A DNA stretch of 29,014 nt, taken from an uncultured archaeon (GTDB taxonomy: Archaea; Iainarchaeota; Iainarchaeia; Iainarchaeales; CSSED10-239). The notes below the pieces were generated by a model. That model had not been told where the DNA came from, did no database searches, and worked only from the letters and a program-made list of their open reading frames with translations. Where the stretch lies: NCBI GenBank assembly GCA_964496765.1, contig CAZCAP010000003.1:68954-97967 (forward strand). The letters run 5' to 3'. A program made the position numbers and the translations under genes. Below, in pieces: positions 1 through 8,258 of this stretch; positions within the stretch are counted from its first letter, which is position 1; every line of letters begins with the position of its first letter.

Positions 1-54
1 CTTTGGTTGGCACTTATCCTTATCTATGATTGCAATTCTTGTATATTCAGTCAT
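1..54 (-). CDS. 5' end (first 18 codons) of an ABCE1/RLI-type ribosome-recycling ATPase; the gene continues past the left window edge
   Basis: Manual minus-strand translation from the ATG at 54..52 gives MTEYTRIAIIDKDKCQPK. The RIA(I/V)ID.D.CQPK opening is characteristic of the N-terminal Fe-S domain of ABCE1. The start is preceded by the GATAAATT-ATG context seen at other genes here. Only 18 aa are visible. Confidence 0.5.
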   Translation of the reverse strand, partial: MTEYTRIAIIDKDKCQPK

Positions 55-68
55 AATTTATCAAGTAA

Positions 69-785
69 TTATTTTTTTCTAAATTCAATTCTTTTCCTAT
101 CAAATATATATCCTTCTCTTGGTAAAAATCTTAATTTTAGGCCTGATTTTAAATATACTTCCAGAAGTGATTTCATATAGTTTGTAGTGCCAGTCATCAT
201 TTTGCACATTATTTCAGCTCTTTGCTTTTTTAATTTTGGGTCATTTAAATCTATGTTTTTATTTTTTAATATTAGTTCACGGAATAAATGATTTATTTTA
301 ATTTCTAATGAATCAGGGTTTAATTCTCCTTCTTCGGAAATGATTCGTTTAATTTTTTCAAATAGTTCTTTAGATACTTTCTTTCCAAAAGTTATGTGTG
401 TTGATCCAATTACTTTATCTTTGTTATTAATAATATAAATTGTTTCTGTTTTACCACTATCTTTCAAATATCTCTCCATTAACATATAAATATCTACTGG
501 GGATGGCACAGCACCCTCAAATCTATGTGTGTGCATTTCTTGATTATTTTTTTTATTATAGTCTTTTCTTTTATTGTAAACCTTTCTTAAATATATACAT
601 TTTTTTATTATATCTTCTGTGACTTTAGTGCTTGTTGATTTGTTGGTTGTATTTCCTACTTTTTCTCGTGGATATTTAATCATTAAAGATTCACCTGGAT
701 ATTTTTTAGATATCTTTTCAACTTGTTTTGTTACAGATGGTCTTAATTTATTTTTTAATCTATTTATTGCTTTATGTAGGTGCAT
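69..785 (-). CDS. Orphan protein with a JAMM/MPN+ metalloprotease signature (putative divergent JAB-domain isopeptidase)
   Basis: 238-aa ORF. It contains YPGE (E32) followed by H85-T-H87-RFEGAVP-S95-PV-D98, an exact E...HxHx7SxxD JAMM motif. The segment HTHRFEGAVPSPVDI resembles HSHPxxxxxPSxxD(I/L) of known JAMMs. The start lies 4 nt after the rfcL stop and the stop lies 14 nt before the ABCE1 start. No other similarity recognised by eye. Confidence 0.45.
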   Translation of the reverse strand: MHLHKAINRLKNKLRPSVTKQVEKISKKYPGESLMIKYPREKVGNTTNKSTSTKVTEDIIKKCIYLRKVYNKRKDYNKKNNQEMHTHRFEGAVPSPVDIYMLMERYLKDSGKTETIYIINNKDKVIGSTHITFGKKVSKELFEKIKRIISEEGELNPDSLEIKINHLFRELILKNKNIDLNDPKLKKQRAEIMCKMMTGTTNYMKSLLEVYLKSGLKLRFLPREGYIFDRKRIEFRKK

Positions 786-789
786 AACT

Positions 790-2076
790 TTATTCTTCCT
801 TCTTCTTAATAACTCTTTTCTTTACTGGCTTATCTTCACTCTCTGCATTCTTTTCCTTTTTAATCTTAATTTTACATCCAAGATGCTTAAGCTCCTCATC
901 TTCAAACCCAAAATAATTCTGCATATCCTGATTGAATTTATTTGTTCTTGCAATTATTAAAAGGAAAGGAAGATAATCTCTTTTAACAATGTGCTTTGAT
1001 GCATGCACCTTATCTCTTATCTTCTCAACAATAGAATCAGTTAATATTCTTTCTTTCTTATTTCCAGAAAGTGTTTTAAGAAGCGTTGGAAAAACAAATG
1101 GAGAAAAGGATGAATAATCTTCTTTCTCTGTTTTGGAATAGGCAACTCCAATGGTTAAATAATCAAGAACATATTTAAGTAGAATCCATCTACTCCCTCT
1201 GATTCTTCCTTGATAAATATCAGCTTTGCTTAATGCTTCGAAACCAGAAGCAAGGTTTTTAGGATTTTTAAATTTTCTAGGAATATTTTCTTCAAGCCAA
1301 GAAAACAATAGACTCCAATCAATATTTGAATTATCAATTGCATTCTTGGTTTCATAGAAGTCCTTTGGAAAAAATATGCTACTCAATGTTTTAAAAACAT
1401 CCTCTTCTTTCTTTCTGTCTCCAAGAGATTCGACATCCTCTAGATTTATTCTCCCAAACAAGGAAAGAGTCCATAGATCTTCCATCAGTGCTCTTATATC
1501 GTTTTTCGTGTTTTCAACTAGCTTTTTTAATGAAACAAGATCATAATCAATATTCTCTTTTTCACAGATTTCTGTTGCATATTTTAAAATTGATATTTTG
1601 TTTGGTAAATCAAACTTGATTTTTGTACTTTTTTCAAATACAGGTCTTAATTTCTTGTTATCATAGGCATCATTTGCAATTAGAATGATTGGTTGCTTTG
1701 ATTTGTCCATGATTTTGATCATTTCTGTAAAAAAACCAGAATCCTCACTTCCTCTCTTGTCCTCAATTGCATCAACCTCATCAATAAGTATTAATCTTTT
1801 CTTTCCAAAGAGAGTAGTTGAGGTGGTTGCTACGTTAAGAAGGTTGGCTATGGCCTCTTTACCACGTATGTCTGATGCATCTGTGTGATAAAGCACCCAT
1901 CCCATCTCTTTTGCAAGCAATTTTGCAGTTAGGGTTTTACCAACACCAGTATCTCCATATATAAATAAAGTTGTTTTTGGGTCCTTTGCCCAGTATTTAA
2001 TCTCAGTTATGCTCTTTTTGTTTCCTATTATCTCATCCAAGGTTTTAGGAGCATACTTATCAATGAATTTTTGCAT
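790..2076 (-). CDS. rfcL: Replication factor C (clamp loader) large subunit
   Basis: 428-aa AAA+ protein. It has the N-terminal KYAPKTLDEIIGN, Walker A GDTGVGKT, Walker B LILIDEVD and ILIAND. Its size and long helical, Lys-rich C-terminal region fit the large rather than the small RFC subunit. It is divergent from the PCNA gene. Confidence 0.88.
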   Translation of the reverse strand: MQKFIDKYAPKTLDEIIGNKKSITEIKYWAKDPKTTLFIYGDTGVGKTLTAKLLAKEMGWVLYHTDASDIRGKEAIANLLNVATTSTTLFGKKRLILIDEVDAIEDKRGSEDSGFFTEMIKIMDKSKQPIILIANDAYDNKKLRPVFEKSTKIKFDLPNKISILKYATEICEKENIDYDLVSLKKLVENTKNDIRALMEDLWTLSLFGRINLEDVESLGDRKKEEDVFKTLSSIFFPKDFYETKNAIDNSNIDWSLLFSWLEENIPRKFKNPKNLASGFEALSKADIYQGRIRGSRWILLKYVLDYLTIGVAYSKTEKEDYSSFSPFVFPTLLKTLSGNKKERILTDSIVEKIRDKVHASKHIVKRDYLPFLLIIARTNKFNQDMQNYFGFEDEELKHLGCKIKIKKEKNAESEDKPVKKRVIKKKEE

Positions 2077-2174
2077 ATATATTATATCTGTGCAAAAGGA
2101 TTTAAAGTTTCTTATTTACCAAAAATATATAAATTAATCTATCTATATATAGATTAAAGAAGATATATATAAAA

Positions 2175-2179
2175 GTGAT
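2175..2179 (+). promoter_or_regulatory. Shine-Dalgarno-like GTGAT upstream of pcn
   Basis: GTGAT lies 5 nt upstream of the ATG at 2185. It is complementary to the AUCAC part of the conserved archaeal 16S rRNA 3' end (..GAUCACCUCC). The same motif occurs at 5857..5861, 11634..11638, 21283..21287 and 21754..21758. Confidence 0.55.
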
Positions 2180-2184
2180 AAATT

Positions 2185-2901
2185 ATGATTACAATTAAGA
2201 ACACAAACATATTTAAGAAAAGTTTAGAAGCAATTTCTGGAAACATACAGGAAGCAAACATAAGATTTAAGGATGATGGGATATACATAAAAGCAATTGA
2301 TAAAACTCAAATTCTTTTAATTGATTTTTGTATGCCTAAATCCTGCTTCGAATCCTATGTTGTTGATCCTAGTCTTGTTGGTATTAATTTATCTGAATTT
2401 AATAATATGGTTTCACGTTCCTTTGAAAAAGATAAGATTAAACTAGAAATTAAAGAAAACTTTTTAGACATCTATCTTTTAGGCCCAATCCAAAGAAGAT
2501 TTAATCTTCAGTTTATAGATTTAAATGATGAGGAGATCAGGATTCCTGAAATTAAGTTTGATGCTCAGGTTAAAATGAGTGCCTATTTATTTAAAGAAAT
2601 ATTAAAGGATGCAAGCATTGTTTCATCAACAATTACTTTCAAGGTTATTAATGGTAATTTTGTTATTGAATCTGAAGGAGAAAAAGGAAAGATCCAAACT
2701 GAGGTTTGTAAAGCACAAATGAAATCAAAGAAACAGCTTGCTGTTAAGTTCTCACTATCATTCCTAAAGAACATAACAAAGACAATTGATAACGATGTTG
2801 AGCTTGTTTTGAAGTTTTCAGAAGATGCTCCTTTATATTTAGAGTATAATTTAGATAAGGATGTAAAGTTAAACTATTATTTATCAAGCATGCTGATATA
2901 A
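2185..2901 (+). CDS. pcn: DNA polymerase sliding clamp PCNA
   Basis: 238-aa ORF with the length and N-terminal pattern of archaeal PCNA protomers (FKKSLEAISGNIQEANIRFKDDGIYIKAIDKTQILLIDF). It sits next to rfcL. Confidence 0.88.
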   Translation: MITIKNTNIFKKSLEAISGNIQEANIRFKDDGIYIKAIDKTQILLIDFCMPKSCFESYVVDPSLVGINLSEFNNMVSRSFEKDKIKLEIKENFLDIYLLGPIQRRFNLQFIDLNDEEIRIPEIKFDAQVKMSAYLFKEILKDASIVSSTITFKVINGNFVIESEGEKGKIQTEVCKAQMKSKKQLAVKFSLSFLKNITKTIDNDVELVLKFSEDAPLYLEYNLDKDVKLNYYLSSMLI

Positions 2902-2921
2902 AAAAATAGAAAAGGATAAAA

Positions 2922-4808
2922 TTATTTATATCCTTTCACTTTTTTTAATAGCTCTGTTTTTTCTTTGCAGTCTTTGAATACTACATTTATTACTTCCCAA
3001 ATGTTTTTAACAGGAATAATCTTTATTTTCTTTTTATCTTCATCAGAGAGAACAACATCATCCTTGTTTGCAAAGGGTATGATTACTTCTTTTATTTTTG
3101 ATGCTATTGCTGCTCCTATCTTTCCTGTTACTCCACCAACAGGAAGAACCTCTCCTCTAATTGATAATGAACCAGTCATTGCTATGTCCTGCTTGATTGG
3201 AACATTTTCAAGTACAGAAATTACTGCGCTTGCAATTGATATGGATGCAGAGTCTCCTTCCACATCATATGTTTGTAGAAATTGGATATGTATATCATAG
3301 TTTGCAATGTCCTTTCCAGTTAGCTTCTTAAAGATTGCAGAAACATTTGAAACTGATTCTTTTGCAATTACTCCTAGTTTCCCTGTTGCAATTATTTTCC
3401 CCTGGGATTTTGAATGAGCTGGTGTTATTTCACATTCAATTGGAAGCAGAACTCCAGCATCTGCATTTTCTCCAACAACTGCTAGTCCATTAACTCTTCC
3501 AAGAAGTGCACCACTGGTCTTAAATATATCATAATCTTTTTTAACTTCCATCATTTTGGATACCATTTGTTGTTCAAGTGAGCCTGATGATTTTTTAGCT
3601 TCGAGAACTTCTGCTTGAGTAACCAATGTTTTTCCTTTCTCAACAGCAATATCTCCTGCGGCTCTAACAAGTCCACCAAGTTCTCTTAGCTTTAAAGTTA
3701 AATGGTTTTTTCTACTTGCTTTCTTTCTTGCTTCAAATATGATTTCTTCAACAGCGTCCTTTGTAAAGTGAGGTATTTTTGTGTCCTTTGTAACCTCTTG
3801 AGCAACAAATTGTGCCATCTTATTTCTATTTTCAATTGTATCAGGAACATCTAGGTTCATGTGACATTCATAACCTGAACCCCTTATTCTTGATCTAATT
3901 GCTGGATGAACTCTGTTTAAATCTTGGTAGTTACCAGCAGCAACTAATATGAAATCACAGGGAGCAGGAGTTGTTCTAACCATTGCTCCACTTGACATTT
4001 CTGATTGACCAGTAATAGAATATTTTTTTTCCTGTAATATTGTTAATAGTTCTTGTTGTGATTTTGGAGAAAGCGAAGCAATTTCATCAAGGAAAAGTAC
4101 CCCACCATTTGCTCTATGAATCATTCCTGGGACTACTCTTAGATGAGCAGGAGTTCCAAGTCCCCCAGATTGGAGCGGATCATGAAGAACATCTCCAAGT
4201 AATGCACCAGCACGAGCACCAGTTGCATCAATAAATGGAACATGTTTTTGTTTAGCATTATCAATTAATAATTTAGGGGTTAATACTTTTTGCTTAGGAC
4301 CTAACTGGGATGATACTCCGGTTACAACCATAACAAACCCTGATAAAATTAAAAGAGCAGCAAACACAATATCAGAATACCATTTCATTTGCCAAAATAC
4401 AATTGCTAGTATAAGAAATGCAAAAGGAAGAAGAAATCCAAGTATTCTTCCACCCCCATTTTCTCTTGATGCCTGAAGAATTGCTTGATCAACAATTTTT
4501 TTACCATCACCTGCAGATGATTCTTTAATTATAGGTGTGTGATTATCTTCTGGGTTTGCATAAACTAGAAGGTCCTTTAACCTATAGGGTGGTAGGATTT
4601 CTGCAAGAGCAGAAGCAATCATTGATTTACCAGTTCCTGGTGCACCAATAAGCATAATGTGTCTTTTCTGCTTAGCTGCTTTTTTAATAAGTTCAACAGC
4701 AGAATCTTGGCCAATTACCTGGTCAATTAATTGCTTTGGAACCTGTATTTCGCTTGTATTTTTATATTCAAGTGCTTTAACTTCTTTTTTCTTATCCATA
4801 CACATCAT
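2922..4808 (-). CDS. lonB: Membrane-bound archaeal Lon protease (LonB)
   Basis: 628 aa. It has Walker A GAPGTGKS, Walker B GVLFLDEI and two TM helices inserted in the AAA+ module ([36 protein letters not shown]). The C-terminal protease domain carries the catalytic-Ser motif [11 protein letters not shown]. The ORF opens MMCMDKK, so the start could be 4808, 4805 or 4799. Confidence 0.95.
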   Translation of the reverse strand: MMCMDKKKEVKALEYKNTSEIQVPKQLIDQVIGQDSAVELIKKAAKQKRHIMLIGAPGTGKSMIASALAEILPPYRLKDLLVYANPEDNHTPIIKESSAGDGKKIVDQAILQASRENGGGRILGFLLPFAFLILAIVFWQMKWYSDIVFAALLILSGFVMVVTGVSSQLGPKQKVLTPKLLIDNAKQKHVPFIDATGARAGALLGDVLHDPLQSGGLGTPAHLRVVPGMIHRANGGVLFLDEIASLSPKSQQELLTILQEKKYSITGQSEMSSGAMVRTTPAPCDFILVAAGNYQDLNRVHPAIRSRIRGSGYECHMNLDVPDTIENRNKMAQFVAQEVTKDTKIPHFTKDAVEEIIFEARKKASRKNHLTLKLRELGGLVRAAGDIAVEKGKTLVTQAEVLEAKKSSGSLEQQMVSKMMEVKKDYDIFKTSGALLGRVNGLAVVGENADAGVLLPIECEITPAHSKSQGKIIATGKLGVIAKESVSNVSAIFKKLTGKDIANYDIHIQFLQTYDVEGDSASISIASAVISVLENVPIKQDIAMTGSLSIRGEVLPVGGVTGKIGAAIASKIKEVIIPFANKDDVVLSDEDKKKIKIIPVKNIWEVINVVFKDCKEKTELLKKVKGYK

Positions 4809-4925
4809 TATTTTTGTTTGTTATTATTATTTTAAAATTAGAGCTAGAAATTATATAATCATTCATTTCTATAAATATTACTTAATAAAACATATTAAAA
4901 ATATATTTATTGCTTTAATATTTAT

Positions 4926-5849
4926 ATGCCTGACAAACTTAAACTACATTATCTTGGAACTAGTGCTTCATCTCCAACTAAAACTAGGAGCTTAACCTCT
5001 CTACTTATCAATTATAGAGGTAAAAATTATTTATTTGATGCACCAGAAAACGTGCAACAGCAAATTATGAAAATTGGAGAGAGTATAATTAAGATTGATA
5101 GCATATTCATTAGTCACCTTCATGGTGACCATTATTTTGGGTTGTTGGGATTATTATCAACCATGCAATTAAATAATAGAGAAAATCCAATTAATATTTT
5201 TGTTCCCGCTATGCAAAAAAGAAATCTTACTGAATTTCTAAAGGGCGCAAGATTAAGAACAAAATTTGAAATTAAGGTAAATGAGCTTAAAGCAAATAGT
5301 ATACTTAAATTAGATGATTTAACAATTACGGGAGTTGCATTGTCTCATTCAACTCCAACTTTAGGATATGTATTCAAGATTAATGATAAGATTGGAAAAT
5401 TTAATAGAGCAAAGGCAATCAAGCTTGGAGTTCCAGAGGGTCCACTTTTTAGAAAGCTACATGAAGGAAAATCAATTAAAGTTAATAAAAAAACAATTAA
5501 ACCAAGAGATGTTATTGATTATTCTTTTAAAAAGATTGGAAAGAAAATTGCATACTTAACGGATACAGAGCCACTTAAGAACACCCCAAAGATATTACAA
5601 AATATAGATATTCTTGTTCATGAATCTACCTTTGGTCCTGAATTTGCAACTCAAGCAAAAGAAAAAAAACATTCCCAAATAATTGATGTGATCTCTTTTG
5701 CAAAAAAAATAAAAGCAAAGAAAACAGTTATTGTTCATTATTCTCCAAGATATAAAGATAAGAATGAATTAAATAAACATCTAATCAAGAACAAGAATGT
5801 AATAATTGCAGATGACCTTTCATCAGAAACTATTGAAGATTATAATTAA
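4926..5849 (+). CDS. rnz: Ribonuclease Z (tRNA 3' endonuclease), short form
   Basis: 307 aa. It has the N-terminal LGTSASSPTKTRSLTS and the MBL motif SHLHGDHYFGLLGLL (HxHxDH), plus C-terminal HES and VHYS elements. No SD is visible upstream, and a TATA-like AAATATATTTA lies about 20-28 nt upstream of the ATG, so the transcript may be leaderless. Confidence 0.88.
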   Translation: MPDKLKLHYLGTSASSPTKTRSLTSLLINYRGKNYLFDAPENVQQQIMKIGESIIKIDSIFISHLHGDHYFGLLGLLSTMQLNNRENPINIFVPAMQKRNLTEFLKGARLRTKFEIKVNELKANSILKLDDLTITGVALSHSTPTLGYVFKINDKIGKFNRAKAIKLGVPEGPLFRKLHEGKSIKVNKKTIKPRDVIDYSFKKIGKKIAYLTDTEPLKNTPKILQNIDILVHESTFGPEFATQAKEKKHSQIIDVISFAKKIKAKKTVIVHYSPRYKDKNELNKHLIKNKNVIIADDLSSETIEDYN

Positions 5850-5868
5850 TTTTAATGTGATATTGTTT

Positions 5869-6573
5869 ATGCCTCCAAAAATAAATTTACCTGGTCTTAA
5901 GTTAAGAAAGAAATCTTCTGTACATGCGAGAGTAATTGATGAACAAACAGGAAGAAGAAAAGTAGATGCGGCAATCTGTGAATCTACACTAAAGCGCTTA
6001 CGCTCGTCCTATTCTGAAGGTTGGAAATATAATGGAGAGATTGTTGCCCCTCCTGAAGAGAAAGCATTAATAAAAGATCTTCTCAAATTAAGAAAACAGA
6101 ACAATAAAATCAAGAAGCCCATTGATACCTTGATTCTTGGTCCAGGAGATTATGGGGCCGAAATTAATTTTATTAAAAATAAATTGTTTGATATGAAGAA
6201 CAATGTTGATTCTTTAGGTTTAACTAATTCTCTAACTGGAAATGCAAGAGAAGAAGTTAGGAATCATTATTATTCTGAAAAATTAGAACGAAATGATTTC
6301 TTTGAACACATGAATCATCTAAAATTATTAAATAAATATAATTATATTTATTCTAGTGTTGGCCCTGGTTTGCATACATTATATCCAGAAATAGTGCTTT
6401 TAAAAGTTGCAAGCCTTTTAAAGGTTGGCGGTTTTGCAAGAATAGATGTGCTGTCTCATAACAAGAAAAATATCCTAACTAACATACGTGAATATTTAAT
6501 AAATAAAGATGTGATCCAAGATTTAGAATTAAAAGTTGATGGGAGATGGATATTAATTAAACGTTTAAAGTGA
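5869..6573 (+). CDS. Hypothetical Rossmann-fold protein, possibly a class I SAM-dependent methyltransferase
   Basis: I prefer the ATG at 5869 (MPPKINLPG) to the track start at 5806, because GTGAT at 5857..5861 lies 7 nt upstream and 5806 overlaps the rnz 3' end. The protein has LILGPGDYGAE (GxGxxG) followed by VDSLGL, and later LLKVGGFARID, which resembles MTase motifs I, II and post-III. The assignment is weak. Confidence 0.35.
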   Translation: MPPKINLPGLKLRKKSSVHARVIDEQTGRRKVDAAICESTLKRLRSSYSEGWKYNGEIVAPPEEKALIKDLLKLRKQNNKIKKPIDTLILGPGDYGAEINFIKNKLFDMKNNVDSLGLTNSLTGNAREEVRNHYYSEKLERNDFFEHMNHLKLLNKYNYIYSSVGPGLHTLYPEIVLLKVASLLKVGGFARIDVLSHNKKNILTNIREYLINKDVIQDLELKVDGRWILIKRLK

Positions 6574-6575
6574 AT

Positions 6576-7268
6576 TTAACAATGCTTATATCCTTTTCCA
6601 GGAGCAAGAACAACAGTTTTTATTTTATAATTAGTATCATCTAATTTATATTTGATTTCCTGTGGATTTCTTTTAATGTCTTCAAATGTATTATAGTGCA
6701 TAGGAATCAAAACATCTGGCCTCATCTTCTTTGCTACTCTGATTGCAGTTCCCATGTCCATTGTTCTTTTTCCACCAATTGGAAGAAGTGCTATATTAGG
6801 TCTCATTTTCTCATGATCACGTGTCATTAGAGTATCCCCAGCAAAATAAATTGTTTTACCATTCTTACTTTTAATTAAATAACTCAGTGGATAAAAAGAA
6901 GTTGGATGATGTGCTGGATATGCACAAAAAGAAATATTATGAACTAATTTAGTTTCAAATTCATCTATTGGAACTTTATTTTGATTAGGTGTGTCTATCT
7001 TATTTAATATGCTGTGATGTGCAATTATTTTTGGATTAAACTTTTTTGTAAGATAATTTATACTATCAAGATCAAATGCATCCATGTGTTCATGACTAAT
7101 CAAAATAGAATCTAGTTTTTTAATATCACTTGATTTATAGGCACAGGGAATTAATCTTTTGTATTGTTCAAGTGATGTGTTTCCAAAATAAGGATCTGTT
7201 AGTATTTTTTTATTGTCAATGTCCATTAAAAACGAAGAGTGTCCAAGATATTTAATGTTTATTCCCAT
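6576..7268 (-). CDS. Metallo-beta-lactamase-fold metal-dependent hydrolase
   Basis: 230 aa. It has the N-terminal IKYLGHSSF and ILISHEHMDAFD (HxHxD, with Ala where the canonical second His sits). Later elements are YFAGDT and IPMHYNTF, typical of small MBL-fold hydrolases. Confidence 0.75.
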   Translation of the reverse strand: MGINIKYLGHSSFLMDIDNKKILTDPYFGNTSLEQYKRLIPCAYKSSDIKKLDSILISHEHMDAFDLDSINYLTKKFNPKIIAHHSILNKIDTPNQNKVPIDEFETKLVHNISFCAYPAHHPTSFYPLSYLIKSKNGKTIYFAGDTLMTRDHEKMRPNIALLPIGGKRTMDMGTAIRVAKKMRPDVLIPMHYNTFEDIKRNPQEIKYKLDDTNYKIKTVVLAPGKGYKHC

Positions 7269-7407
7269 ATTAATATTAAGGAACCATCTTTTATTTAAAT
7301 ACTTGCTGTTAGAAAACTTTTTATATTTAATGATATGTTATTTAAATGTATTTGTATATATACTATAGTATTACTATGTGGTTTCGTTGCTAAATTGAGG
7401 TTAACCT

Positions 7408-8211
7408 ATGAAAAATAGATATATTTTAAGCATAATCTTAACTTTGTTGTTTATTGTATTTATTTTACCACCTATTAATTCAGCTAAACTTGGAAACTAT
7501 GATATTTCTATTTTTTTAGATTCTCCAAACTCAGCACATGTTGTTGAAAATTGGTACATTGAATATAATTATTTAAATCTCAAAGATTTAGAGCAATTTA
7601 AAACCAATATATTCGAAGCTAGTCTTGATCCATCACAGTTAGTTGCCATTGATCCAAATTTAAAGCCCCATATTTATATTTCTAAAGCACCAGTTTTTTC
7701 AATTAGATTTGATGATATTAAAAATATAGTTACATTGGATTACATAATAACTGATCTTGTATTAATCAATTATTTTGAAAATAAAGATGAGATACTTTGG
7801 CAATTTAATTCAAACCTATTAAATTTATTTGTATTAAATGATTTATATTCCATTTCAAAGGACTCAGATATCACAATTTGGTTCTATGATCCATTAATAA
7901 TTGATGATCCTGCTCCTGGTAAAATCAGTGATAGGGAAATATATTTGTCAGGATTTTCTTCAAATCAATTAAAAATACTTGCACTAGAAATAAAACCACC
8001 AGAACCAAGTTTTATTGCATTAAATGTATTTAAAGATATGAGTCAAAAAGGACTTTATAATTATTTAATAATTATAGCCCTATTAATTATAATTGTTTTA
8101 GTATTTAGAAAGAAATTAAAGTCTTACTTTAAAAAATTTGTTATCTCGAATTCAGTAATTGAACCAAAGAAGGTAAGAAAGGACTTCTTTGATGATGATA
8201 TTGACGAATAG
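7408..8211 (+). CDS. Hypothetical surface or secreted protein with a C-terminal membrane anchor
   Basis: 267 aa. It has an N-terminal signal-like segment (ILSIILTLLFIVFILPPINSA) and a C-terminal TM helix (LYNYLIIIALLIIIVLVF) followed by a charged tail. GAGGT at 7397..7401 lies 6 nt upstream of the ATG. No family recognised. Confidence 0.6.
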   Translation: MKNRYILSIILTLLFIVFILPPINSAKLGNYDISIFLDSPNSAHVVENWYIEYNYLNLKDLEQFKTNIFEASLDPSQLVAIDPNLKPHIYISKAPVFSIRFDDIKNIVTLDYIITDLVLINYFENKDEILWQFNSNLLNLFVLNDLYSISKDSDITIWFYDPLIIDDPAPGKISDREIYLSGFSSNQLKILALEIKPPEPSFIALNVFKDMSQKGLYNYLIIIALLIIIVLVFRKKLKSYFKKFVISNSVIEPKKVRKDFFDDDIDE

Positions 8212-8258
8212 GTTATTCAAAGTTTGTTTGATTTGATAATAAAATTGTGTGATATATA

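Noticed and set aside
440-960. ORFs 440..622 and 619..960 on the plus strand
   Set aside because: They are Phe/Leu/Ile/Tyr-rich translations of the antisense of Lys/Glu/Asn-rich genes (the JAMM-like ORF and the rfcL 3' end). They overlap better-supported CDSs.
2965-4234. Plus-strand ORFs 2965..3300 and 4040..4234 antisense to lonB
   Set aside because: They are shadow ORFs inside LonB with no motifs or start context.
4657-4995. 112-aa ORF spanning the lonB 5' end, the spacer and the rnz 5' end
   Set aside because: It overlaps two confident genes and an AT-rich promoter spacer, and its sequence is low-complexity and hydrophobic.
5806-5868. N-terminal 21 codons of the track ORF 5806..6573
   Set aside because: They overlap the rnz 3' end. 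The ATG at 5869 has a properly spaced GTGAT SD, so the shorter start is preferred.
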